DNA from: an uncultured Methanoculleus sp.
Lineage (GTDB): Archaea > Halobacteriota > Methanomicrobia > Methanomicrobiales > Methanoculleaceae
Direction: 5' to 3'
NCBI GenBank assembly: GCA_964651285.1
Contig: CAZYWX010000001.1
Span: forward strand, 1 to 39,074
Length of the DNA stretch: 39,074 bases
The notes beneath the pieces are model-generated. The model was given only the letters and a program-made list of their open reading frames with translations. It had not been told where the DNA came from and searched no databases. Positions 27,954 to 37,112 of this stretch are shown one piece after another; positions within the stretch are counted from its first letter, which is position 1, and each line of letters starts with the position of its first letter. Both the position numbers and the translations under genes were made by a program.

Positions 27954-29320
27954 AAGGTCTGCTGGTCGCCGGCGACCGGTCAGGGAGCGGGAAGACGAGC
28001 ATCACGCTCGCGCTCTCGGCGCTCCTCTCGCGATCGCGTGTCGTCCAGACCTTCAAGGTGGGGATGGACTACATCGATCCTTCCTACCTCACGGGGGTGA
28101 CAGGCCGACCCTGCCGGAACCTGGACGATTACGTGATGAGCCCGGACGAGATCAGGACAATCTTCGCGCACGGGTGCCGGGGAGCTGATATCGCCATCGT
28201 GGAGGGGGTTCGGGGGCTCTTTGAAGGGGCCGAGGCGCTCACCGATCGCGGGAGCACAGCCGCGGTCGCCAAACAACTCGATCTGCCGGTCGTGCTCGTG
28301 ATCAACGCCCGGAGCATCACCAGGAGCGCGGCGGCGATCGTGAAGGGTTTCCAGGCGTTCGACCCTGATGTCGCGATTAGGGGGGTCATCCTCAACAAGA
28401 TCTCAGGGAGACGTCACCGGGAGAAGACGATCCAGGCGGTCGAGCATTACTGCGGGGTTCCGGTCATCGGCGCCATCCCCCGGATGGAGGAGATGGAGCT
28501 TGCGATGCGTCATCTCGGGCTTGTGCCCTACCGGGAGGGGGCTGAAGGCGAGGGGTTCAGGGAGCGGATCGATCTCATCACGCGGATGGTCGGGGAGCAC
28601 GTCGACCTGGACGCCCTGCTCGGGATCGCCGGCGAGGTTGAGGTGCCGGCCCGGACGAGCCCGGTCTATGCGGTGCCGGACGCGCCCGACGTCAGGATCG
28701 GGGTCGCGCTGGATGAGGCCTTCAGTTTCTACTACGCTGACCTCTTTGATGTCCTGGCATCGTTCGGAGCCCGGGTGGTTCCGTTCTCCCCGCTCAGGGA
28801 CCGGTTGCCGGAGGCTGACGGTTATATCCTGGGGGGCGGCTACCCTGAACTCTTCGGCGCCGAACTTGAGGCCAACACCAGGATGCGGGAGGAGATCTGC
28901 GAGGTCTCGCGGAACGGCACGCCCATCTACGCCGAGTGCGGGGGGCTCATCTACCTTGCCGACCGGATGGTGCTCGCCCCCGGGTTCGGGGGCGTGGATG
29001 AAGAGCGGGCCTACGACCTCGCCGGGGTCTTTGCCGGCGAGGCGCGGATGCCGGTGCGGCGGATGCTTGGCTATGTTGTGGGGACGAGCGCGGCCAGAAG
29101 TCCCATGGGCCAGGCGGGGTTCCGGGGCCACGAGTTCCACTACAGCGATCTCAGGCTTGCGCCCGGGACCAGCTACGCCTACCGGCTGACCAGGGGAGGC
29201 GGGATCCGGGACGGGCTTGATGGGGCTTTCCGGGACCAGACGATCGGGAGTTACACGCATCTCCACCCGGTGACGAGCCGGGGGATGTTTGCGCACTTTG
29301 TTGGGTGTTGTCGGGGGTGA
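27950..29320 (+). CDS. cfbB: Ni-sirohydrochlorin a,c-diamide synthase (CbiA-like)
   Basis: SGSGKT, FKVGMDYIDP, EGVRGLFEG, RHLGL, GGGYPEL, YAECGG, GHEFHYS, YTHLH; within the cfb operon. Confidence 0.92.
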   Translation: MKGLLVAGDRSGSGKTSITLALSALLSRSRVVQTFKVGMDYIDPSYLTGVTGRPCRNLDDYVMSPDEIRTIFAHGCRGADIAIVEGVRGLFEGAEALTDRGSTAAVAKQLDLPVVLVINARSITRSAAAIVKGFQAFDPDVAIRGVILNKISGRRHREKTIQAVEHYCGVPVIGAIPRMEEMELAMRHLGLVPYREGAEGEGFRERIDLITRMVGEHVDLDALLGIAGEVEVPARTSPVYAVPDAPDVRIGVALDEAFSFYYADLFDVLASFGARVVPFSPLRDRLPEADGYILGGGYPELFGAELEANTRMREEICEVSRNGTPIYAECGGLIYLADRMVLAPGFGGVDEERAYDLAGVFAGEARMPVRRMLGYVVGTSAARSPMGQAGFRGHEFHYSDLRLAPGTSYAYRLTRGGGIRDGLDGAFRDQTIGSYTHLHPVTSRGMFAHFVGCCRG

Positions 29321-29502
29321 CTCCTCCTCTTGTCGGGGGCATCCCGGGAAGCTATCCCTGAGGATGCAGGCCCGATCTCGTTCTTGTGATCACCGGGGTG
29401 GCTGTATCGTCGTTGGATCTGTTGTGTGGCGGGGTGGAGCCAGGTTTCTCAGCGATGATCGGGGGATCATGTTTATGGGGGATGACCGAACAGGGGGGCC
29501 TT

Positions 29503-29787
29503 ATGCTTGGGGATAGCCAGGCGATGCAGCGGCGGGCTGTCATGATTGAGGTTGAGGAGATGATCCAGTCGATGCCAGACTATGCAGCTATGAAGGAAGC
29601 GCTCAGGTCGCTTGACTTCATACCAGAACAGGATGATGCCGATGTCGCGGTCTGGGTCCAGCCCGACCTCGGGATCTTTGTCCTGCTCAGGCTGAACCTC
29701 GGGGGCGGGTATGCCGGCTACAGGGTCGCTACCTACGACGAACCGGGAGATCCCCGGGACGATTTCACCGGCTACCATGCCCGGTAA
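29503..29787 (+). CDS. Small hypothetical protein, paralog of 29874-30140
   Basis: Protein-like composition; aligns with the downstream ORF; G-rich SD-like stretch upstream; start uncertain. Confidence 0.75.
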   Translation: MLGDSQAMQRRAVMIEVEEMIQSMPDYAAMKEALRSLDFIPEQDDADVAVWVQPDLGIFVLLRLNLGGGYAGYRVATYDEPGDPRDDFTGYHAR

Positions 29788-29873
29788 GGGCGTCCTGCCA
29801 GGCACCGACCGGTGCCTGGTCACTCTTCTCTGCCGGGTCAGGTTTATGAAGAGGTATGCGGTATGACGCTTGC

Positions 29874-30140
29874 ATGCGCAGGAGAACGATACAACTCGAC
29901 CCGGAGGAACAGGGGGTCGTGCGTGCCCAGGTCCTCTCGATCATCGCCGGAGGTGCCACCTACGATGAGATCAGGGAGGGATTGCAGGGTCTGGGGTTCC
30001 AGGCGAAGGAGGACAACCCTGCCCTGGGCATCTGGGAGAACCACGAGTATGACCTCTTTGTGCTGGTCCGCATGGATCGCGAGACCGGAAGGCTGCAGGA
30101 GTTTATGGTGAAGACGTTCGAGGAGATGGAAGGGTTTTGA
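29874..30140 (+). CDS. Small hypothetical protein, paralog of 29503-29787
   Basis: Aligns with the upstream ORF; start 29874 or 29856. Confidence 0.78.
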   Translation: MRRRTIQLDPEEQGVVRAQVLSIIAGGATYDEIREGLQGLGFQAKEDNPALGIWENHEYDLFVLVRMDRETGRLQEFMVKTFEEMEGF

Positions 30141-30419
30141 GGGGCCAGCGTCCTCGACCGGGCTGGTCGATGATGATGCGTGCCCGGGTCAGATCCTGGT
30201 GTTCCCGGCCACGAGCGAGAAGATCTGCATGAGGGTGAAGATTATCCCGGTGGTGCCAGAGACCGGGCCCTGATGCCAGGGAGGTCGCCTTTCAGGAAGG
30301 GTGTCGCGATCAAGGATGATTGGCTGATGACCCATCGAAGAACGAACGGTCCTCCCCCCGGTTGCCGCAACGCAACGTTCAAGTAATCTGGTGGGGTACT
30401 CCACGAAAGTCAGGTAACC

Positions 30420-32174
30420 GTGAGATTCGCAACCCTTGCCTCCTGTTTTGAGAGGCTCAAAGCCACATCGTCCAGGAACGATATGATCGCTCTCCTGGCG
30501 CGGCTCCTTGCCGCGACGTCGCCGGACGAGATCGAGATCGTCTGTTTCTTCACGCTCGGGGAGATCGGTCCCGGTTACAGCGGGCTGACCCCTGGCGTCG
30601 GGGACCGGACCGCTGCGGCGGCGATCGCCCGTGCGGCCGGCGTCGACCTGGCGGTGGTCGAAGCGGCAGCCCGCGACTACGGCGACTACGGTGACGTCGC
30701 CGCCCGCCTGGTCAGGGCACCCCCGGACAGGTCTGCCGGGAACCTCACCGTCATCGACGTCCACCGTGGTCTTCTGGCGATCGCCCGGGCTTCCGGCCCC
30801 GGTTCGGCCGATCTGAAGGCAAGGATCCTTGCCGGGATGCTCACCTCTGCCACGCCCACGGAGCGGCGTTACCTGGTCAGGCTTGCCACCGGGGAGATGC
30901 GGCTCGGTGTCGGGGATATGACGCTCCTCGATGCCCTGGCAGAGGCGTTCCTGGGGTCGAAGGCAGCCCGCCCGTCCCTTGAGCACGCCTACACCATCTC
31001 CTCAGATATCGGGCTCGTGGCCAGGAGACTTCTCGAGGAAGGGCTCGCCGGGGTCCTGGCGATTCAGGTCACCCTGCATCGCCCGATCAGGCCGATGCTC
31101 ACCCAGCGGGTCTCCCGGCTATCCGAGATCCCGGAACGGATCGGCTCTCCGGTCATCGCCGTCGAGGAGAAGTACGATGGCGAACGGGTCCAGGCCCACA
31201 AGGACGGTGACGATGTCACCCTCTTCTCGCGGCGGCTGACCAACATCACCCACCAGTACCCTGAGATCGTCTGGCACGTCCGGCGATGCGTCAGGGCCGA
31301 TACGGCAATCCTTGATGGCGAGGTGGTCGCGTTCGACCACGAGACCGGGACCTACCGGGCTTTCCAGACCCTGATGCGCCGACGACGAAAACACCGGGTC
31401 CGGGAGGTTGCCGGCGAGATCCCCGCGATCTACCGGGTCTTTGACCTCCTCTATGTGGACGGCGAGTCATACCTCCATCGGAGTTACCCGGACCGGCGGG
31501 CAAGACTCGAGGCGGTCCTCTCTCCCGATGAGCATATCTCCCCCGCAGACCGTATCCTGGCCCGGGACCTCGACGAGATTCAGGGTTTCTACCTGACCTG
31601 CGTCGAGCGGGGGCTTGAAGGAGTTGTCTGCAAGTCGTGCGCGGAGGACTCGTACTACCAGGCGGGGGCGCGGGAGTGGCGGTGGATCAAGTGGAAGAGC
31701 GACTATGCCACAGAACTTGCCGATACCCTCGACCTGGTCATCGTCGGCGCAAACGCCGGCCGCGGGAAACGGGCTGGAACCTATGGCTCGGTTCTCTGCG
31801 CCGCCTACAACCACGAGGAGGATCTCTTCCAGACAGTCTGCGGCATGGGAACCGGGTTTTCTGATGCAGACCTGGCCGACCTCCCCCACCGGCTCGCCGG
31901 CGCGAGGGTTGACCGGCAGCCGGCCCGGGTGATGGTGACCCCGCAGGCGTCGCCAGATCTCTGGTTTGCGCCGGTCCAGGTGGTCGAGGTGCTGGGGCGT
32001 GAGATCAGCGAGAGCCCGGTCCATACCTGTAACTGGGACCCGGAGCGCCGGCGGGGGCTTGCCCTCCGGTTTCCGCGGTTTGTGCGGTGGCGCGATGATA
32101 AGAGTCCAGAGGAAGCAACGACGACCGCTGAGGTCGCGGCGATGTTTTGCCGTCAGCGGGAGGGGGAGGGATGA
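30420..32174 (+). CDS. lig: ATP-dependent DNA ligase
   Basis: N-terminal DNA-binding domain (TSSR, MRLGVG); motifs KYDGER, DGEVV, VFDLLY, EGVVCK, WIKWK, LRFPRF. Confidence 0.95.
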   Translation: MRFATLASCFERLKATSSRNDMIALLARLLAATSPDEIEIVCFFTLGEIGPGYSGLTPGVGDRTAAAAIARAAGVDLAVVEAAARDYGDYGDVAARLVRAPPDRSAGNLTVIDVHRGLLAIARASGPGSADLKARILAGMLTSATPTERRYLVRLATGEMRLGVGDMTLLDALAEAFLGSKAARPSLEHAYTISSDIGLVARRLLEEGLAGVLAIQVTLHRPIRPMLTQRVSRLSEIPERIGSPVIAVEEKYDGERVQAHKDGDDVTLFSRRLTNITHQYPEIVWHVRRCVRADTAILDGEVVAFDHETGTYRAFQTLMRRRRKHRVREVAGEIPAIYRVFDLLYVDGESYLHRSYPDRRARLEAVLSPDEHISPADRILARDLDEIQGFYLTCVERGLEGVVCKSCAEDSYYQAGAREWRWIKWKSDYATELADTLDLVIVGANAGRGKRAGTYGSVLCAAYNHEEDLFQTVCGMGTGFSDADLADLPHRLAGARVDRQPARVMVTPQASPDLWFAPVQVVEVLGREISESPVHTCNWDPERRRGLALRFPRFVRWRDDKSPEEATTTAEVAAMFCRQREGEG

Positions 32175-33895
32175 AGCAGGTAACCGCCACCGAGGTCGCG
32201 GCGATCCTCTCTGAGGTCGCCGACCTCCTCGAGATCAAGGGCGTCAGGTTCAAACCCCATGCCTACCGGCGGGCGGCGCAGGCGATCGAGACCCTGACCG
32301 AGGATATCGTCACCGTTGCGCGGGAGGGACGCCTCGACGAGATCCCGGGGGTCGGGAAGAGTATCGCCGGCAAGGTCCAGGAGATCGTCGAGACCGGCAG
32401 CCTCGGCTACCTTGCGTCGTTGCGTGAAGAGATCCCGGAGGGCGTGCGTGATCTCACCAGGATCGAGGGGATCGGGCCGAAGCGGGCGCTTACGCTCTCC
32501 CGGGAGCTTGGGATCCGGAACCTCGATGATCTGGAGGCGGCGGCGAAGGCCGGTCTGATCCGCGATCTCCCCGGGTTCGGGCAGAAGACCGAGCAGAACA
32601 TTCTTGCCAGCATCCAGATGAGCAGGATGGCGGGGAAACGCCACCTCCTGGGTTCTGTTCTCCCGGTTGCCAGGGAGATCGAGCAGCGGCTCGCATCGCT
32701 CAGTTCGGTTGGGCAGGTAAGCCTCGCCGGTTCGATACGCCGCAGGAAGGAGACGATCGGGGACCTCGACATCCTGGCCACCTCTATGCGTCCGGAGGAG
32801 GTGATGGAGGCTTTTTCCAGCCTCCCCGGGGTCTCGCGGGTCCTTGCCCGGGGGACGACGAAGACCTCGGTGGTGCTCTCGACCGGGGTCCAGGCTGATC
32901 TCAGGGTGGTGAGGGATGAGCACTACGGTGCCGCGCTCCAGTATTTCACCGGGTCAAAAGAGCATAACATTGCCCTCCGGAAACTTGCCATCGCGAGGAA
33001 CTGGCGGCTGAACGAGTACGGGCTCGTCGACCTCGCGACCGGTCGCATGATCGCAGGGGAGGACGAGGCCGGGGTCTACCAGGCCCTCGGGCTTCCCTGG
33101 ATCCCGCCTGAACTCAGGGAGGACCGGGGCGAGATCGAGGCCGCACAGACCGGAGCACTGCCTGACCTCGTCGGATACGGGTCGGTCCGGGGCGATCTCC
33201 ACGTCCATACCTCCTGGAGTGAAGGCGCCCATTCGATCGAGGCGATGGCAGAGGCGGCGCGCGGGCTGGGGTATGAGTATATCGCCATCTGTGATCATGC
33301 AGAGAGTCTCCATGTCGCCCGTGGTCTCTCCCCGGCTCGCCTGGCCGACCAGATGCGCGAGATCGAGCGGATCAACCGGGCGGCCGACGATGGATTTACT
33401 GTCCTTAGCGGGACCGAGTGTAACATCGGCATGGATGGCAGGGTCGACCTCCCCGACAGCGTCCTTGCCGACCTCGACGTGGTGGTGGCAAGCGTCCACT
33501 CGGGGTTCAGGCAGCCAGAAAGGGAGATGACCGATCGAATCATCAGCGCGATGCAGAACGATCACGTTGATATTCTCGGTCACCCGACCGGCCGGATCCT
33601 CCTCTCGCGGGAACCCTGCCAGATCGACCTCGCCCGGGTCTTTGAGGCCGCGGCGTCCTGGGGTGTCCTCATGGAGATCAACGCCTCTCCTGGAAGGCTT
33701 GACCTCTCGGACGTCAACTGCCGCCTGGCCCGGGATGCTGGTCTTGGGTTTTCGCTTGGTTCTGACGCCCACAGCCGGCAGGGCCTCCGCCACATGGAGT
33801 TCGGTGTCGCGACCGCCCGGCGGGGCTGGCTTACAGCCGAGGATATCGTCAACACCCATTCTCTTGAGGGGGTGCGGAGGGCGCTTCGTTCCTGA
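32171..33895 (+). CDS. polX: DNA polymerase X / PHP 3'-5' exonuclease
   Basis: AYRRAA, HhH motifs (IPGVGK, GIGPK, PGFG), GSIRRRKETIGDLDI, YFTGSKEHN, LNEYGL, PPELRED; PHP motifs DLHVHT, GHPTGR, GSDAH. Confidence 0.95.
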   Translation: MKQVTATEVAAILSEVADLLEIKGVRFKPHAYRRAAQAIETLTEDIVTVAREGRLDEIPGVGKSIAGKVQEIVETGSLGYLASLREEIPEGVRDLTRIEGIGPKRALTLSRELGIRNLDDLEAAAKAGLIRDLPGFGQKTEQNILASIQMSRMAGKRHLLGSVLPVAREIEQRLASLSSVGQVSLAGSIRRRKETIGDLDILATSMRPEEVMEAFSSLPGVSRVLARGTTKTSVVLSTGVQADLRVVRDEHYGAALQYFTGSKEHNIALRKLAIARNWRLNEYGLVDLATGRMIAGEDEAGVYQALGLPWIPPELREDRGEIEAAQTGALPDLVGYGSVRGDLHVHTSWSEGAHSIEAMAEAARGLGYEYIAICDHAESLHVARGLSPARLADQMREIERINRAADDGFTVLSGTECNIGMDGRVDLPDSVLADLDVVVASVHSGFRQPEREMTDRIISAMQNDHVDILGHPTGRILLSREPCQIDLARVFEAAASWGVLMEINASPGRLDLSDVNCRLARDAGLGFSLGSDAHSRQGLRHMEFGVATARRGWLTAEDIVNTHSLEGVRRALRS

Positions 33896-33922
33896 GGGAG
33901 GGCGGGGATGGCCGGAGGTCGG

Positions 33923-34357
33923 TCACTCGCTGACGATATCCAGGAGCTTGATATCAAATGTCAGGGGTTGCCCGGCCAGCGGGTGGTTGACGTCCAGCGT
34001 CACGGTCAACTCTGAGACGTCGCTGACGGTGACGATGGCCGCCTGGCCGCCGGGTTGCTGGATCTGGAGTTGCTGGCCTGGTCTTGGCTGGATATCTTCC
34101 GGGAACTGGTCCCGGTCGATCGTAAACAGCATATCGTCACGGTGTGGGCCGTAGGCCTCCTCCGGGGGGATCGTGGCGGTCTTCGTCTCCCCGGGTTTCA
34201 TGCCGACCACGGCCCGCTCAAACCCCGGGATGATCTCTCCTTTCCCGATGGTGAACTCCAGGGGTTCTCGCTCGTCCGAGGTGTCAAAGATCGTGCCATC
34301 TTTCAGTTTCCCGGTGTACTGCACCCTGACGGTGTCGCCTTCTTTTGCCTGTGCCAT
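33923..34357 (-). CDS. FKBP-type peptidyl-prolyl isomerase (short SlyD-like)
   Basis: GDTVRVQYTGKL.DGTIFDTS, IIPGFE, PEEAYG, DVNHPLAG. Confidence 0.93.
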   Translation of the reverse strand: MAQAKEGDTVRVQYTGKLKDGTIFDTSDEREPLEFTIGKGEIIPGFERAVVGMKPGETKTATIPPEEAYGPHRDDMLFTIDRDQFPEDIQPRPGQQLQIQQPGGQAAIVTVSDVSELTVTLDVNHPLAGQPLTFDIKLLDIVSE

Positions 34358-34797
34358 TGCTTGCATCACCGGCGGGTGGTGATCCCGGGTTCCTATTTAT
34401 GCCTGACGGTCGGGCTGGAGATCCCGGTGTCTGCCGATCTTTTCTGGAATCCCGGGGTTTCCTGGGCCGGGCCTTGATACCCGGCGCCCTCAGCCTGGTC
34501 CCCCGTCCTCGTGCTCTTCGCCATGGCACCGCATCCCCCGGTCGTGCATCGGAGGTCAGCGACGACCCCGGGGGCCTGGCCCGCCTCCGCCCCGACCGGA
34601 ACCCGGGCTCAAAGGAGGTGGTTGCGTCCCGGCATCAGGTCCCCTGCGCTCCTCCGGGCTGCACCCCGCAGACAGCCCGGCTGGCTGGCATATTATAAAC
34701 GTTTTCCTCTTTTCCCGGGCAGGTCTGACATGGTCAGAACCTGATTCTGCCTGCCACTGGTGCCCTGAGGAGGGAGAGATGTGAGGATGTTGTTTAT

Positions 34798-34823
34798 TTT
34801 TATATGGATATTATTATAATATC
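34798..34823 (+). promoter_or_regulatory. TATA box plus 17-bp palindromic operator candidate upstream of the treT-like gene
   Basis: TTTTATAT followed by GATATTAT-T-ATAATATC (34807-34823). Confidence 0.6.
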
Positions 34824-34885
34824 ATCCCTACAGATACACCAGTGAAGAGATTAGCATACTCTCTTGAGGAGGCGAAACGTGCAAA

Positions 34886-36139
34886 ATGGCATACATGGAC
34901 GGGATCACCTGTATCTGCGATAACGGCCGGACACTCGAGGACCACCGGCCTATCGTCGGTGACGATGTCATCTCCGGGATCTCCCGCAAAGCGGAAAACC
35001 TCCGGGGAAAGAGGGTCCTCCACGTAAACTCAACCTACCAGAGTGGTGGCGTGGCCGAGATGATCCTCTCGCTGGTGCCGCTCATGAACAATATCGGGAT
35101 CGAGACCCAGTGGAATATCTTAAACGGTGATGCAGACTTCTTCACCATCACCAAGAACTTCCATAACGCGCTCCAGGGACAGCCGGTCACGTTCTCGACT
35201 GAGGAGAAGAATCTCTACATCAGGACAAACGAGTCATTCTCCCGTCAGATGACGATCGACCACGACCTGGTGGTCATCCACGACCCCCAGCCGCTGCCCC
35301 TGATCCGCTACTACCCAAAGACCCAGCCCTGGGTCTGGCGGTGTCATGTCGACCTCTCCAACCCTGACCCGGCCCTCTGGGAGTTCCTCAGAGGCTTCGT
35401 CCTCGACTACGATCGGATGGTCATCTCGCATGAGCGCTACCGACGCCGCGGGATGCCGATGAAGCAGTGGATCTGCCCGCCGGCGATCGACCCGCTCTCT
35501 CCGAAGAACCGTGACCTCTCTGAAGCCGAGATCGCCGGTCTCCTCGCGAAGTACGGGGTGCCGACCGACAAACCGCTGGTCACTCAGGTCTCCCGGTTTG
35601 ATAAGTGGAAGGATCCCCTGGGCGTTCTTGACGTCTTCAGCGAGGTGCGGGAGCATGTCGACTGCAGGCTGGTCCTCTGCGGGAGCATGGCCCCTGACGA
35701 TCCCGAGGGCCGGATGATCTACCGGCAGGTCGAGGCAGCGGCGCGGGGCCTCATCGATGCCGGCGACGTCATCCTGATCACCGCCGAAGACCACCTCCTG
35801 GTCAACGCCCTCCAGCGGGCATCGGCCGTCATCCTCCAGAAATCGCTCCGTGAGGGATTCGGGCTGACCGTCACCGAGGGGCTCTGGAAGGCCCGGCCGG
35901 TCATCGCGTCCCGCGTCGGAGGAATTCCGCTCCAGATCGAGGATGGCAGGACCGGGTTCCTCCTCGACCCGACCGATATCGATGGGTTCGCCCGGCGGGT
36001 CAGGCAGGTCCTTGAGAACCCTGACCTCGGGGAAGAACTCGGGCGGGCGGCCAGGGAGCATGTCAGGAAGCATTTCCTGATCACCCGTCTTCTCTCTGAC
36101 TACCTGGATATGCTCAACACAGAACTTGCTACCGCCTGA
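34886..36139 (+). CDS. treT: TreT-like trehalose synthase (GT4 glycosyltransferase)
   Basis: HVNST..SGGVAEM, TKNFHNALQG, IHDPQP, WRCHVD, AIDPLS.KN, QVSRFDKWKDP, DDPEG, REGFGLTVTE. Confidence 0.85.
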   Translation: MAYMDGITCICDNGRTLEDHRPIVGDDVISGISRKAENLRGKRVLHVNSTYQSGGVAEMILSLVPLMNNIGIETQWNILNGDADFFTITKNFHNALQGQPVTFSTEEKNLYIRTNESFSRQMTIDHDLVVIHDPQPLPLIRYYPKTQPWVWRCHVDLSNPDPALWEFLRGFVLDYDRMVISHERYRRRGMPMKQWICPPAIDPLSPKNRDLSEAEIAGLLAKYGVPTDKPLVTQVSRFDKWKDPLGVLDVFSEVREHVDCRLVLCGSMAPDDPEGRMIYRQVEAAARGLIDAGDVILITAEDHLLVNALQRASAVILQKSLREGFGLTVTEGLWKARPVIASRVGGIPLQIEDGRTGFLLDPTDIDGFARRVRQVLENPDLGEELGRAAREHVRKHFLITRLLSDYLDMLNTELATA

Positions 36140-37112
36140 TGGCAGGAAGAAAAGAGGACCTCGACCCGCCTTCCACAGGAGGGCATGAGGTCGTGCCATG
36201 ATCTCGGTGGCCCCTCATGCCACCTTCCCGGTTGCCCGGCTGGTCCGCCACCGGGCATTCGTCCATTTTTTTATCCCTGGAGGATTTTTTGATCCCGTCC
36301 GTATCCCGGCGGGTAGCCTCGTTTGGTGGCGCAATGGCAGAGCTTGGACGGGGCGTTGCAGGCTGGCGCACATACTCATCGATCGTTTGAGCGTGCAGGT
36401 CACAAGGCGGGTCATGTTATTGGCGATTGGCTTCAAGAGTTGTTCATCCTGACCTGTTGACGAAACCACCCCCTGACGATGAAGAGGATCTTCATCCAGC
36501 CATATAATTTTTTCTCCTGCCAGGGAGGGTCTTTTGGTCTCCCTGCGAGGCCCCTGCATGGGATCCTTGCACCGGTCCTGAAGGGTCGAGCAGACCGATT
36601 CCCTCTTTTACGAAGAAAACGTCCCCCTCCACACTGGTGGGGTGGATGCGGTATGCGATGTCGCTCTTCTGCCGGGAGGGGGGCCGGACCCTCTCGTCCT
36701 CCGATCGCCAGGCATCTGCACTACCGCACCCCTGCAGCAGACCCCGCGTCCTGGCGGTAACCGTCGCCGATTCATGCTGGAATGGAGCAGGAGAGGGTCC
36801 CGGGGTGGTTCTGGTGGACCCAGGAACAGAGGCCAGGATCCTTGCATCCCACCCGATGAACGAACTGATCAGGTCTGCCCCTGCCCCCTGGACGCAACCA
36901 GATCCGATTCATCGATCCCTGAGATCGGATGGGGTTGTCGGGGAACTCGTCTCCCGTCCCCGGGCAAACAGCCCCGGGTTCTTGATTGCTGCATCCTGAT
37001 CTCTGTCAAATCAGCGTTCCCGCGTGTTTGCGTGGGCGCCGCCGTCCCACCGGGCATCCTGGTCTGAGGTCGGTTGCACCCCGGCTTGCCCCTGACCGGG
37101 AAGAGAGAGCAG

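Noticed and set aside
30165-30275. Box C-like ATGATGA after the paralog pair
   Set aside because: Nearest CTGA is ~100 nt away, with no C'/D' boxes
26045-36199. Long antisense ORFs (26045-26899, 26982-27884, 28403-29296, 32153-32923, 32954-33859, 35234-36199)
   Set aside because: Shadow frames of GC-rich genes with no motifs
36455-36500. Hammerhead ribozyme (GAAAC and CTGACGA plus a hairpin)
   Set aside because: Core elements are too close to hold stems I and III, and no GAAA follows the hairpin
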